This document shows positions 1 to 9,209 of a stretch of DNA of 64,000 nucleotides, piece by piece. The position numbers were made by a program, and so were the translations under genes. Location: contig CAVIKO010000004.1 in assembly GCA_963643035.1 (NCBI GenBank), positions 3,248 through 67,247 on the forward strand, written 5' to 3'. The notes under the pieces were generated by a model, which saw nothing but the letters and a program-made list of their open reading frames with translations, did not search any database and had not been told where the DNA came from. How positions within the stretch are numbered: the stretch's first letter is position 1; every line of letters starts with the position of its first letter. This DNA comes from a bacterium (GTDB lineage: Bacteria; Bacillota; Clostridia; Oscillospirales; CAG-272).

Positions 1-2
1 CC

Positions 3-929
3 ATGTTCATCCCGGAGGAGACGATCAACCGGATCATAGCGGAGAATACCGTGGATGACTCAGAACACGATTCTATCATTCTAAACTTCCGCAAGGAGGA
101 AACGGAAACGGTCGAAACGGAACCTTCGGAGGCGGATATGGATAAGGTGGAGACGGAGAGCGCGGAGACGAAACCGCCGGAAACCACGCCGACTTATGAG
201 GACGAAGGTTACAATCTCCTGGAGGACGGACTGTACCTGAAGGAGGTCAGCGGTTCGGGCTGGCGCGGATATGTGATGCTGATCGAGGAACCGATGCGCG
301 TCAAGCTCGTCGATACGTCCAAACAGTATTCCTGCGGTGAAAATGTGATGACGATGACGAAAAACAGCGGAGCGGTCGCGGGGATCAACGGCGGCGGCTT
401 CCAGGACGGCGCGAACTACGACTCCAACGGCGGTATGCCCGCGGGACTGCTCATTGAGAACAGCGAGCTGGTGTATCCCTATGTCGCGAACGACACAGAT
501 GTATATAATATGATTGGGATCAATTCCGACGGCGCGCTCGTTCTCCGCCATTGTACTGCGGAATGGGCGTTGACGAACAATATCGTCTCCTGTGTATCGT
601 TTGCACCGTTTCTGGTCGTCAACGGCGAGGGCATGATCAAAAACGGTACCGGAGGCTGGGGCATTGCGCCGCGCACCGCCATTGGACAGCGGGAGACGGG
701 GGAATTTCTTTTCCTCGTCATCGACGGTAGACAAGTGGATTGGAGCATCGGCTGTGACCTTGACGTGCTTCAGGAGGTTATGCTCGCGGAAGGTGCGGTC
801 AATGCAGCAATGCTCGACGGCGGCAGTTCCACGGCGATGGTTTACAACGAAACCTATATCAATAAGCCCTGTCTCGGTCACGAACGCTGGATCAACAATG
901 CTTTTGTGGTTATGCCGAAGGCAGAGTGA
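3..929 (+). CDS. phosphodiester glycosidase family protein (DUF2233/NAGPA-like); may continue upstream of the window
   Basis: 308-aa ORF with motifs GINGGGFQD and MLDGGSSTAM, typical of this family. An acidic ETE-rich linker lies at the N-terminus. The ORF starts at the window edge. Confidence 0.7.
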   Translation: MFIPEETINRIIAENTVDDSEHDSIILNFRKEETETVETEPSEADMDKVETESAETKPPETTPTYEDEGYNLLEDGLYLKEVSGSGWRGYVMLIEEPMRVKLVDTSKQYSCGENVMTMTKNSGAVAGINGGGFQDGANYDSNGGMPAGLLIENSELVYPYVANDTDVYNMIGINSDGALVLRHCTAEWALTNNIVSCVSFAPFLVVNGEGMIKNGTGGWGIAPRTAIGQRETGEFLFLVIDGRQVDWSIGCDLDVLQEVMLAEGAVNAAMLDGGSSTAMVYNETYINKPCLGHERWINNAFVVMPKAE

Positions 930-1027
930 GAATAAAGTGCGGCTGATTGGTGGAGCGATCTGTCCCGCTCTCGAAAATTTCCTAAAAGAAAATTCTCCAA
1001 GGTATAGCTGCAACAGTCGAGCGACAC

Positions 1028-1080
1028 AAAAGAGAGAGCCATTCGCATCAATGCTGCGCTAAAGCTCTCTTTTTTGTTTT
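1028..1080 (+). terminator. putative intrinsic terminator after the first gene
   Basis: AAAAGAGAGAGC (1028-1039) pairs with GCTCTCTTTTTT (1064-1075), followed by a T-run. The loop is long (24 nt). Confidence 0.5.
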
Positions 1081-1095
1081 GTGCAAACTGTCCCC

Positions 1096-1124
1096 TTTAC
1101 AAACCGCCGCACGTGTGGTATACT
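1096..1124 (+). promoter_or_regulatory. sigma-A type promoter with extended -10 for the queT leader
   Basis: TTTACA (1096-1101), a 17-nt spacer, then TGgTATACT (-10 at 1119-1124). Confidence 0.6.
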
Positions 1125-1159
1125 ATAGGTACAAAGGTGGTCTTTGGCTGCCCTAATAG

Positions 1160-1268
1160 AAAGTGAGTTCGTAACCATCCTCACTGTTTCACCATGGTTA
1201 CAATCGGTGAACAAATCAAAACTACGGAAGAAACTGTGCTTTTGTTTTGTCGCGCAGTTTTTTTGCAT
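1160..1268 (+). promoter_or_regulatory. candidate riboswitch (preQ1-type suspected): H-type pseudoknot followed by an intrinsic terminator
   Basis: The helices interleave. S1 is AGTGAG 1162-1167 with CTCACT 1180-1185. S2 is GTAACC 1171-1176 with GGTTAC 1196-1201. The terminator is ACTGTGC 1233-1239 with GCGCAGT 1252-1258, followed by a T7 run. It sits directly upstream of the queT RBS. Confidence 0.5.
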
Positions 1269-1283
1269 TTTGGAGAACAAAAC

Positions 1284-1802
1284 ATGAAAAACACCAAATT
1301 TATGCTCCAGGGAGCACTCATCGCCGCTTTGTACGTCGCACTGACCTTCGTTTCCGCCGCATTCGGCCTGGCATCCGGCGCTGTGCAGATTCGTCTGTCG
1401 GAGCTGTTATGCGTACTGCCTGTCTATACTTCCGCGGCGATTCCGGGACTGACCATCGGCTGTTTCCTTGCCAATCTTCTCACCGGCAGCACTATATGGG
1501 ATATTGTTTTCGGAACGCTGGCGACTTTCCTTGGTGTGCTTTGCGCCTGCCTGTTCCGTCGGATTCCATATCTCGCGCCGTTGCCTACAATTCTCGCAAA
1601 CGGGATCATCATTCCGATTGTGTTGGTCGTATCGGGAATTGTGCCGGACAGTGCATATGTGTTTACCGTCGCAACTGTCACAGCAGGCGAAACTATTTCG
1701 TGCGGACTGTTCGGGATTTGTCTCGTCTGGTATCTGGAAAAACATGAACACACGCGGCAGAGACTGTTCGGGGAGCTGCCTGCACGGGAAAGGAAAAAAT
1801 AA
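1284..1802 (+). CDS. queT: queuosine precursor transporter QueT
   Basis: Start is the internal ATG at 1284 (MKNTKFMLQGALIAALYVALTF...), preceded by GGAGA. The protein is small and multi-TM, resembling the QueT/ECF S-component family. Confidence 0.8.
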   Translation: MKNTKFMLQGALIAALYVALTFVSAAFGLASGAVQIRLSELLCVLPVYTSAAIPGLTIGCFLANLLTGSTIWDIVFGTLATFLGVLCACLFRRIPYLAPLPTILANGIIIPIVLVVSGIVPDSAYVFTVATVTAGETISCGLFGICLVWYLEKHEHTRQRLFGELPARERKK

Positions 1803-2308
1803 TGCGCAACTCTACACTCGGCTATCTTGAAAGGGACGGCGCGTATCTGATGCTCCACCGTGTGAAAAAGAAAAACGATATCAACCATGACAAATGGATC
1901 GGTGTCGGCGGCGGATTTGAAGAGGGGGAATCGCCGGAGGAATGTATGCGCCGGGAAGCCTATGAGGAAACCGGACTGCGCCTTGGAAAGATCGCGTACC
2001 GGGGACTGGTAACGTTCGTATGCTATGCCAATGGGGAGAGGACGACGGAACATATGCATCTGTTCACTGCGTCCGATTTCACCGGGAACACCGATTTTTC
2101 CGGAGATCCGTGCGATGAGGGGATACTCGAATGGGTGCCGAAATCGGAGATCGAGGCTCTGCCGATCTGGGAGGGCGACCGGATTTTTCTCCGTCTGCTT
2201 GCGGCTGATGTGCCGTTTTTCACCCTGAAGCTTGTCTATTACGGCGACACGCTGACGGAAGTAAAGCTGAATGACACACCTTACCCGCTTACGAACGAAA
2301 GAGTATAA
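1802..2308 (+). CDS. NUDIX hydrolase (MutT-like)
   Basis: Nudix box GGGFEEGESPEECMRREAYEETGL. The start overlaps the queT stop (TAATG). Confidence 0.9.
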   Translation: MRNSTLGYLERDGAYLMLHRVKKKNDINHDKWIGVGGGFEEGESPEECMRREAYEETGLRLGKIAYRGLVTFVCYANGERTTEHMHLFTASDFTGNTDFSGDPCDEGILEWVPKSEIEALPIWEGDRIFLRLLAADVPFFTLKLVYYGDTLTEVKLNDTPYPLTNERV

Positions 2309-2314
2309 CAAAAC

Positions 2315-2366
2315 GAAAAAAACCGCGCAGCTTCATCTTCACCGAGTGGGGCTGTGCGGTTTTTAC
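2315..2366. terminator. bidirectional intrinsic terminator between convergent genes
   Basis: AACCGCGCAGC (2321-2331) pairs with GCTGTGCGGTT (2351-2361) over 11 bp including one G-T pair. An A-run precedes it and a T-run follows. Confidence 0.75.
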
Positions 2367-2376
2367 GTTTTTGTTC

Positions 2377-4437
2377 TTATTTCACTGCCGGAAATACGAT
2401 GTCGCAGCGGAAGAGATCGCCGTCGCAGGTGACGCGGAATGTGCCATGCTGCAGTTCTACGAGACTCTTGGCGATATTCAGCCCGAGTCCGCTGCCCTCA
2501 CTCGATCGGCTGGCGTCTCCTTTGACGAACCGCTCTGTCAAATCTTCTCCGTCCACGGACAGCGGCTCTCGGGAAATATTCTTTATACTGATGTACACGC
2601 GGCCATCATCCTCCGTTACCACCAGATAGACGCGGGTGCCAGGCAGCGCGTATTTTGTGGCGTTGCTATAGAGATTTTCAAGCACCCGCCATAAGAGCCG
2701 ACCGTCCACCATGGCATAGAGATCGTCCTCCGGGATCGTTTCGCGCACCTGTAAGCCCGCGGATTCCAGCCGTTCCTCGTATTCACCGAGCGATTGCCGC
2801 ACGATCTGACAGAGACTGAGCCGCTCCGGATTGCACGGCAGATTTCCTGTCGTCGCCTTGGATGCCTCCACAAGATCCTCTGTCAGCTTTTTGAGCCGTG
2901 CGGATTGCCGCAGGAGGATTTCTGTGTATTCGCGCGCCTTGCCGGACAGTTCCTCCTTCGAGAGGAGATCGGCGTAGTTGATGATGGAGGTCAGCGGTGT
3001 TTTGATGTCGTGCGAGACGTTTGTGATCAGCTCAGTTTTGAAATGCTCGCTCTTCATTTTCTCCGCAATTGCCGTCTCCATGCCTGTGCTGATGGCATTG
3101 AGGTTTTCCGCTTGTTTCCGGAATACGGAGAGGAGATGGCGCGTGTCCGTCTTGTAGGATAGATTGCCGTGGGACAGCTCCTCGCCGGATTTCTGCAAAA
3201 TGCGGATGGCGTAGGCAACGTAGAGACAGAGCGCATATACGCTGATGCAGCCAAACAGCAGAAGAAACGGGAACACGCCTCCGTCTGTATACGCGCCGAT
3301 CGCGCAGAACAGCAGCGTCGCTCCGATCACCGGGACAGAGATTGCTGTACGCCATGCAAACGGGATTATTCCGAAAAAGCGACACAGCCCCTCCCAGAGT
3401 ATACGCAGCAGGGGAAGAAGCACTTTTGTCACGAGCCATGCGAGAATGGTAGAGGAGAGCAGCTGTCGTTTTTCAAGCTGAACAACCAGTGCGGAATAGA
3501 CGAGGGTAAAGAGAAGCGGCAGGGCAAGCACGAGCAGCGCGAGGATCCCGATTGCCAACAGATCCGGCAGGCTTTCCCGGAATGAAACGGTGACCGCGTC
3601 CACGATGAAACCGCTGAAGAAAATCACAACTATGGCGATCACGCCAATGAGATCAAGCGGAATGCGGGAGAGAGGCATCGCCGTTCCGTTTGTGGATGCG
3701 GAGAGCTGTCTGGTCAGAATCACGCCGAAAATGACGCACAGGATCGCCAGTCCCGCAAGCGCAAGAGGAAAAAAGTACCGCATCTCCGCGCAAAGGGAAA
3801 CCGTATATTCCATGACGGTGAACAGGTCGATTACCCCGCGCTGCGGACAGTAGTATCCCTCAATCCGCCGTTCCTCCGTGACGCATAAGGTGATCGTTGG
3901 ATCTAAGAGAATCTGCGGTGTTTTCCCCTCCTCGGAATCCGTATCGGACGGTGCGGCAGTGGTATCTTCCGTGTCGATAGACGGCTCCAGTTCGGAGGGC
4001 AATACATACGGCTCATTCAGAGGATAGGTGTAGCTGTATTCTGCGACAGTATCATAGAACATTCCTTCCTCGTAATTGCCGGTCACATACACGGATTCAC
4101 CGTCCTGTGCAATAAAGTAAATGCTGTAGCGGAAATTCGTGATCCCGCGGTAATCGTCGGAGAGGGCGTAAAAATCCATACCGTTCAGATAGCAGTCGTA
4201 ATCCTGCAAAACCTGCGCTGCCTTCTGCTGTGTGATCCGCTGCTTTTGGTACACAATGGCGTCATCTGCAGTGTGGCTGTACAGTCCGAGCATCGCGGTG
4301 ACGATCGTACCGGCTATGGAGAAGCACAGGAGCAGCAGCGTCAGGTAAAAGATAATCTGCCACAGGACGGCGCTTTTTCGTTTTCCGCCGCCGATACCCG
4401 CGCTCTCTGGATTTTGTATGTTGCCTCTGCCGTTCAC
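2377..4437 (-). CDS. sensor histidine kinase with a large extracytoplasmic domain
   Basis: HisKA H-box ELITNVSHDIKTPLTSI and HATPase_c motifs (NLYSNATKY, GSGLGLNIAKS). Two TM blocks flank a domain of about 200 aa. The GTG start overlaps the response-regulator stop (GTGA). Confidence 0.9.
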   Translation of the reverse strand: MNGRGNIQNPESAGIGGGKRKSAVLWQIIFYLTLLLLCFSIAGTIVTAMLGLYSHTADDAIVYQKQRITQQKAAQVLQDYDCYLNGMDFYALSDDYRGITNFRYSIYFIAQDGESVYVTGNYEEGMFYDTVAEYSYTYPLNEPYVLPSELEPSIDTEDTTAAPSDTDSEEGKTPQILLDPTITLCVTEERRIEGYYCPQRGVIDLFTVMEYTVSLCAEMRYFFPLALAGLAILCVIFGVILTRQLSASTNGTAMPLSRIPLDLIGVIAIVVIFFSGFIVDAVTVSFRESLPDLLAIGILALLVLALPLLFTLVYSALVVQLEKRQLLSSTILAWLVTKVLLPLLRILWEGLCRFFGIIPFAWRTAISVPVIGATLLFCAIGAYTDGGVFPFLLLFGCISVYALCLYVAYAIRILQKSGEELSHGNLSYKTDTRHLLSVFRKQAENLNAISTGMETAIAEKMKSEHFKTELITNVSHDIKTPLTSIINYADLLSKEELSGKAREYTEILLRQSARLKKLTEDLVEASKATTGNLPCNPERLSLCQIVRQSLGEYEERLESAGLQVRETIPEDDLYAMVDGRLLWRVLENLYSNATKYALPGTRVYLVVTEDDGRVYISIKNISREPLSVDGEDLTERFVKGDASRSSEGSGLGLNIAKSLVELQHGTFRVTCDGDLFRCDIVFPAVK

Positions 4438-5129
4438 GTCGTCACCCTCTCCATTTTATAGCCAAGCCCCCAGATTACGCGGATGTAACGCGGGTCGGAC
4501 GGATTGATTTCGATTTTTTCGCGCAGGTGCCGGATATGCACTGCCACGGAATTCTCACTGCCGATGGCGGATTCTTTCCAGACCTGTTCGTAGATCTGGT
4601 GGATTGAGAAAACCTGTCCCGGGTTTGCCAAAAAGAACCGGAGCATACTGAACTCGATCGGCGTCAGCGCGACAGGGTTTCCGTCCACGGTCACGGTTTT
4701 TCCCACATTGTCAAGGAGAATTCCGCCGTTTTCGTAAATATCCTCCGTTTTCGCAATGCCGCCAAGCGTGGCGTATCGCCGTAGCTGGGAACGGACGCGC
4801 GCCACCAACTCCATGGGATCAAAAGGCTTGGTGATGTAGTCGTCCGCGCCGATATTCAGTCCTAAGATCTTGTCGCTGCTCTCGCTTTTGGCGGACAGAA
4901 AGATGATCGGCACGTTAGAGGTTTTGCGGATCTGTGCGGCGGTCGTGATACCGTCCATCTGCGGCATCATGATGTCGAGCAGCACGAGATGTACCTGAGT
5001 CCGCGATAAAATCGTTAATGCCTCGCTGCCGTTATATGCTTTTTCGATTTTGTATCCCTCCGCAGTGAGGTAGATTTCAATGGCAGACACAATGTCCTGC
5101 TCATCGTCACAGACTAAAATCGTGTACAT
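4434..5129 (-). CDS. OmpR-family response regulator
   Basis: Start is the internal ATG (MYTILVCDDEQDIV...). Receiver domain plus winged-helix C-terminus (IRVIWGLGYKM). The longer ORF extension has no RBS support. Confidence 0.9.
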   Translation of the reverse strand: MYTILVCDDEQDIVSAIEIYLTAEGYKIEKAYNGSEALTILSRTQVHLVLLDIMMPQMDGITTAAQIRKTSNVPIIFLSAKSESSDKILGLNIGADDYITKPFDPMELVARVRSQLRRYATLGGIAKTEDIYENGGILLDNVGKTVTVDGNPVALTPIEFSMLRFFLANPGQVFSIHQIYEQVWKESAIGSENSVAVHIRHLREKIEINPSDPRYIRVIWGLGYKMERVTT

Positions 5130-5371
5130 GACAAGAACCTTCTCTCTATAAAACTGCCGCATCCATCTCGTTTTTGCGCGAAGACAGCCTTTCATCGGGC
5201 AGAACTGCGACCGTCCATATTCTTTCTCTCCTATATTGTAACAGAAAATTTTTGAAAAGAAAAGTACGATTTTCATTAAGATTTTTTAAAGAGTGCGTCT
5301 GCGTCTGCCTATGGCCTATGGCGTGCCAAAAAATCGGCGGAAAAAGGGAGAATTATCCGCGCTTTTACCCA

Positions 5372-5400
5372 TTGACTTTGGCGGGCAGATGTGCTATACT
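5372..5400 (+). promoter_or_regulatory. promoter of the pyr operon
   Basis: TTGACT (5372-5377), a 17-nt spacer, then TGcTATACT (-10 at 5395-5400). Confidence 0.7.
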
Positions 5401-5424
5401 ATGGACAGTGTAAAGATGTGTCTT

Positions 5425-5513
5425 TAATTCCGCACAGAGAGGTGGAAAAGATGCCGGATACCGTTTTATCGGGTAGAAGTATCTGTGCCGTCTCGTGCGG
5501 TGCAGATTTTTTT
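5425..5513 (+). promoter_or_regulatory. pyr leader attenuator: PyrR-box-like hairpin plus intrinsic terminator
   Basis: TTCCGCACAGAGAGGTGGAA (5428-5447) resembles the PyrR binding box (UCCAGAGAGG). The terminator is CTGTGCCG 5483-5490 with CGGTGCAG 5498-5505, then A plus a T7 run. It lies 18 nt before the pyrC start. Confidence 0.5.
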
Positions 5514-5530
5514 GTTACGGAGGACGGGGT

Positions 5531-6832
5531 ATGCCGAAGATGGTGTTCGTGAGTCGGCGTGTATGGCTGAACGATGAATTCTCTCCTGCAGCGGTGTTTG
5601 TCGAGGACGGCAGGATCGCGTGTGTGAAAAAAATGGACGGCGATTCTGTTTCCGTTCCGACCTTTTCGGACGGTTTTGTGTCCCGTGATTTTGGTGACAG
5701 AGCGATATTTCCCGGTTTTACGGATGTACACGTGCATTTCCGTGAGCCGGGATTTTTGTATAAGGAAACGATCCGTTCCGGTTCCATGGCGGCAGCGCAC
5801 GGTGGATACGCTGCGGTCTGTACTATGCCGAATCTGAATCCGGTACCGGATAGCCTCTCCCATCTCCGTGCACAGACGGATGTGATCGATCGGGATGCCG
5901 TGATTCGTGTGGTGCCGTTCGGTGCGCTGACAATCGGCGAGGGCGGCGAGACGCCGTCGGATATCGAGGGACTAGCACCTTATGTCGCAGGATTTTCCGA
6001 CGACGGACGGGGCGTGCAGGATCGCGGACTGATGCGGGAACTGATGGAAAGGTGCAGATCGGTAGGCAAAGTGATCTCCGCCCATTGTGAAGTGAACGAT
6101 CTGCTCCATGGCGGTGTGATCCACGCGGGAGCCTGGGCAAATGCGCACGGTATCCCCGGCATCTCGTCGGAATCAGAATGGAGAATGATCGAGCGAGATC
6201 TCGCGCTGGCGGCGGAAACAAACTGCGCGTATCATGTGTGCCACATCTCGACAAAAGAGGCGGTATCCCTGATCCGGGACGCGAAAAAATCCGGTGTGGA
6301 CGTAACTGCGGAGACAGCTCCCCATTATCTCACGCTGACGGACGCACAGCTGCGGGACGAGGGTAGGTTCAAGATGAATCCACCGATCCGCAGCAGCACA
6401 GACCGAGACGCGCTCCTTGCGGGGGTATGCGACGGGACGATCGATATTCTTGCCACAGATCACGCGCCGCACAGTTTGGCAGAAAAATCGCGCGGACTCC
6501 GGGACAGTCTCATGGGTGTAGTCGGACTGGAGACAGCGTTCCCCGTGGTGTACACGAAGCTTTGTCGGGAAGGTATCGTGCCGTTGCGGCGGATCATAGA
6601 AATGCTGACCACGACCCCGCAGAAACGGTTCGGACTGGGAGGCGGTGAGCTCCGGGTCGGTGAGAGAGCGAATCTGTCTGTGTGGGAGACGGAGCGACCG
6701 TACACAGTGGAACCGGAGCGGTTTGCCACAATGGGACGCGCAACGCCGTTTGCCGGATGGACAGTATTTGGTAAATGTGTATGCACGGTTGTGGACGGCG
6801 GAATCGTATGGGATGAAAGCGAGGGCGAATGA
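5531..6832 (+). CDS. pyrC: dihydroorotase
   Basis: Start at ATG 5531 after GGAGGACGGGG. Motifs FTDVHVHFREPG and ATDHAPH. First gene of the pyr operon. Confidence 0.92.
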   Translation: MPKMVFVSRRVWLNDEFSPAAVFVEDGRIACVKKMDGDSVSVPTFSDGFVSRDFGDRAIFPGFTDVHVHFREPGFLYKETIRSGSMAAAHGGYAAVCTMPNLNPVPDSLSHLRAQTDVIDRDAVIRVVPFGALTIGEGGETPSDIEGLAPYVAGFSDDGRGVQDRGLMRELMERCRSVGKVISAHCEVNDLLHGGVIHAGAWANAHGIPGISSESEWRMIERDLALAAETNCAYHVCHISTKEAVSLIRDAKKSGVDVTAETAPHYLTLTDAQLRDEGRFKMNPPIRSSTDRDALLAGVCDGTIDILATDHAPHSLAEKSRGLRDSLMGVVGLETAFPVVYTKLCREGIVPLRRIIEMLTTTPQKRFGLGGGELRVGERANLSVWETERPYTVEPERFATMGRATPFAGWTVFGKCVCTVVDGGIVWDESEGE

Positions 6833-7561
6833 ATGCGTAAGGAATGGTTTGCGGTTGCGGAGAACACCCGGATCGCGCGGGATGTATGGCGGATACGCCT
6901 TGATGGGAATACGGGAGAGATCCGGACTCCGGGACAGTTTGTGAATGTGCGTACCGGCGGGTATTATCTGCGCCGTCCGCTTTCGGTATGCGATTGGGAT
7001 GACGGGATGCTCACGCTTATCTATAAGGTGGTCGGCGGTGGTACACAGTGGCTGTCAGAGAGAACGACCGGCGACACGCTGGATGTACTCACAGGACTCG
7101 GAAACGGATTTTCGACAGCCGCGTGCGGTGAGAATCCGGTGCTGATCGGCGGCGGTGTGGGCGTTCCCCCGCTCTATGGATTGGCGAGACGGCTGCGGGC
7201 GAAAAACATCCCGGTAACGGTGGCTTGCGGTTTTGCATCTGCGGCGGATGTATTCTATATGGAGGAATTTGCCGCGCTCGGCTGCACGGTAAAGGCTGCG
7301 ACCATGGATGGTACATATGGCGAAACGGGAACGGTGATCGGACTTCTGGACGGGGACTACACCTACAGTTACGCGTGCGGGCCGATTCCTATGCTCCATG
7401 CCGTGTACGATCGGCTGTCCTGTCCCGGTGCGTACAGCTTTGAGGAACGGATGGGGTGCGGCTTTGGCGCGTGCATGGGCTGCTCGTGTAAAACGAAATA
7501 CGGCTCTGTGCGGATCTGCAAGGATGGGCCGGTACTGGAAAGAGAGGCGATCGTATGGTGA
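6833..7561 (+). CDS. pyrK: dihydroorotate dehydrogenase electron-transfer subunit
   Basis: FAD/NAD-binding fold with a C-terminal Cys cluster (CGFGACMGCSC). The start abuts the pyrC stop. Confidence 0.9.
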   Translation: MRKEWFAVAENTRIARDVWRIRLDGNTGEIRTPGQFVNVRTGGYYLRRPLSVCDWDDGMLTLIYKVVGGGTQWLSERTTGDTLDVLTGLGNGFSTAACGENPVLIGGGVGVPPLYGLARRLRAKNIPVTVACGFASAADVFYMEEFAALGCTVKAATMDGTYGETGTVIGLLDGDYTYSYACGPIPMLHAVYDRLSCPGAYSFEERMGCGFGACMGCSCKTKYGSVRICKDGPVLEREAIVW

Positions 7562-8469
7562 ACATGGCAGTAAACTTAGCGGGTGTGACGCTCGACAATC
7601 CGGTGATTCCGGCAAGCGGCACGTTCGGCTACGGCAGGGAATTCGCGGAAATCTACGACATTCGCTGTCTCGGTTCAATCTCCATCAAAGGCACCACAGA
7701 GGCGGAGCGATTCGGCAACCCCACGCCGCGCATCGCGGAAACATCGTCTGGTATGCTCAATGCGGTCGGACTCCAAAATCCCGGCGTGGATCGCGTGGTC
7801 GCGGAGGAACTGCCGAACTTAAAAAAGATCTACGGCAAACCGGTCATCGCCAACATTGGCGGGTTCTCAGTTGCGGAATATGTTTCCTGCGCGGAAAAGC
7901 TGAACGCGGTGGAAAATGTCGGGATCCTGGAAGTGAACATCAGCTGTCCGAACGTACACGGCGGCGGGATGGGATTCGGGACATCCCCAAAGATGGCGGC
8001 TGAGGTCACGTCCGCGGTCAAAAAGGTGGCGAATAAGCCGGTATTTGTGAAGCTTACCCCGAACGTTACGGACATCACGGAGATTGCGCGTGCGTGTGAA
8101 GCGGCAGGTGCGGATGGACTTTCGCTCATCAACACCCTTGTCGGAATGCGGATCGATCTGCGGCGCAAACGTCCGATTCTCGCGAACAAAACGGGCGGCT
8201 TGTCCGGCCCGGCGGTCTTTCCGGTGGCGGTCGCGATGGTGTACCGGGTATACGAGGCGGTGAAAATCCCCATTATCGGTATGGGTGGGATTTCCTCTGC
8301 TGCGGACTGTGTGGAGATGCTTCTTGCCGGCGCGCGCGCGGTACAGATCGGTGCGGCAAATCTCATAGAACCAACGATCTGCCGGGATATTGTTGCGGCA
8401 CTGCCTGCGGAATTGGAAAAATACGGAATACAAAACTGGATGGATATGGTAGGAGGAGCACACATATGA
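7555..8469 (+). CDS. pyrD: dihydroorotate dehydrogenase B, catalytic subunit
   Basis: Motifs NPVIPASGTFGYG and GLQNPG. Overlaps the pyrK stop. ATG 7564 is an alternative start. Confidence 0.92.
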   Translation: MVNMAVNLAGVTLDNPVIPASGTFGYGREFAEIYDIRCLGSISIKGTTEAERFGNPTPRIAETSSGMLNAVGLQNPGVDRVVAEELPNLKKIYGKPVIANIGGFSVAEYVSCAEKLNAVENVGILEVNISCPNVHGGGMGFGTSPKMAAEVTSAVKKVANKPVFVKLTPNVTDITEIARACEAAGADGLSLINTLVGMRIDLRRKRPILANKTGGLSGPAVFPVAVAMVYRVYEAVKIPIIGMGGISSAADCVEMLLAGARAVQIGAANLIEPTICRDIVAALPAELEKYGIQNWMDMVGGAHI

Positions 8470-9179
8470 AGAAGAGAGAGGTTATCATTGCCTGCGATTT
8501 TGCCTCGGCTGCGGAAACCCTTTCGTTTCTCGATCGGTTTGAGGAGGAAAAGCCCTACGTGAAGATCGGCATGGAGTTATATTATGCCGCCGGCCCTGCG
8601 ATGGTGGAGACACTGCGTGACCGGGGACACAAGATTTTCCTCGATCTGAAGCTCCACGATATTCCGAATACGGTGAAAAAAACGATGGCGGTACTGGCAA
8701 GACTCGGCGTGAATATGACGAATCTGCACGCTGCTGGGGGAATCGACATGATGCGTGCCGCCATTGAGGGATTGACCGTGGACGGAGAGCGCAAAACGAA
8801 GTGCATCGCTGTGACCCAGCTGACCTCGACGAGTGAAGAGCGGCTCCACAACGAGCTGTGGATTCCGCATTCCATGGAGGATACGGTGCTGCACTATGCG
8901 GAAAACGCGAAAACGGCGGGACTGGACGGAGTGGTCTGTTCGCCGTGGGAGTCCTGCGCGATTCATGAAAAGCTTGGCGCAGATTTTGCCACGGTCACGC
9001 CGGGTGTGCGGTTCGCGGACGGCGACGCGGGAGATCAGGTGCGGATCGCGACCCCGGCGAAGGCATGGCAGCTCGGTTCGGACTACATCGTGGTTGGCAG
9101 ACCGATCACAAAGGCGGACGATCCGGTAGCTGCGTACAGACGGTGCGCTGCGGAATTCTCCGCGAATGGGAATGTATAA
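8466..9179 (+). CDS. pyrF: orotidine 5'-phosphate decarboxylase
   Basis: Motif FLDLKLHDIPNTV. ATGA overlap with pyrD. Confidence 0.92.
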   Translation: MKKREVIIACDFASAAETLSFLDRFEEEKPYVKIGMELYYAAGPAMVETLRDRGHKIFLDLKLHDIPNTVKKTMAVLARLGVNMTNLHAAGGIDMMRAAIEGLTVDGERKTKCIAVTQLTSTSEERLHNELWIPHSMEDTVLHYAENAKTAGLDGVVCSPWESCAIHEKLGADFATVTPGVRFADGDAGDQVRIATPAKAWQLGSDYIVVGRPITKADDPVAAYRRCAAEFSANGNV

Positions 9180-9209
9180 CATAGATGGAGGCATAAAGGA
9201 GTGCGGGAT

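Noticed and set aside
1162-1212. Calling the queT leader pseudoknot a canonical class I preQ1 aptamer
   Set aside because: The stems are 6 bp each and the third loop (GTTTCACCAT) lacks the conserved A-rich tract of class I. The class is left undetermined.
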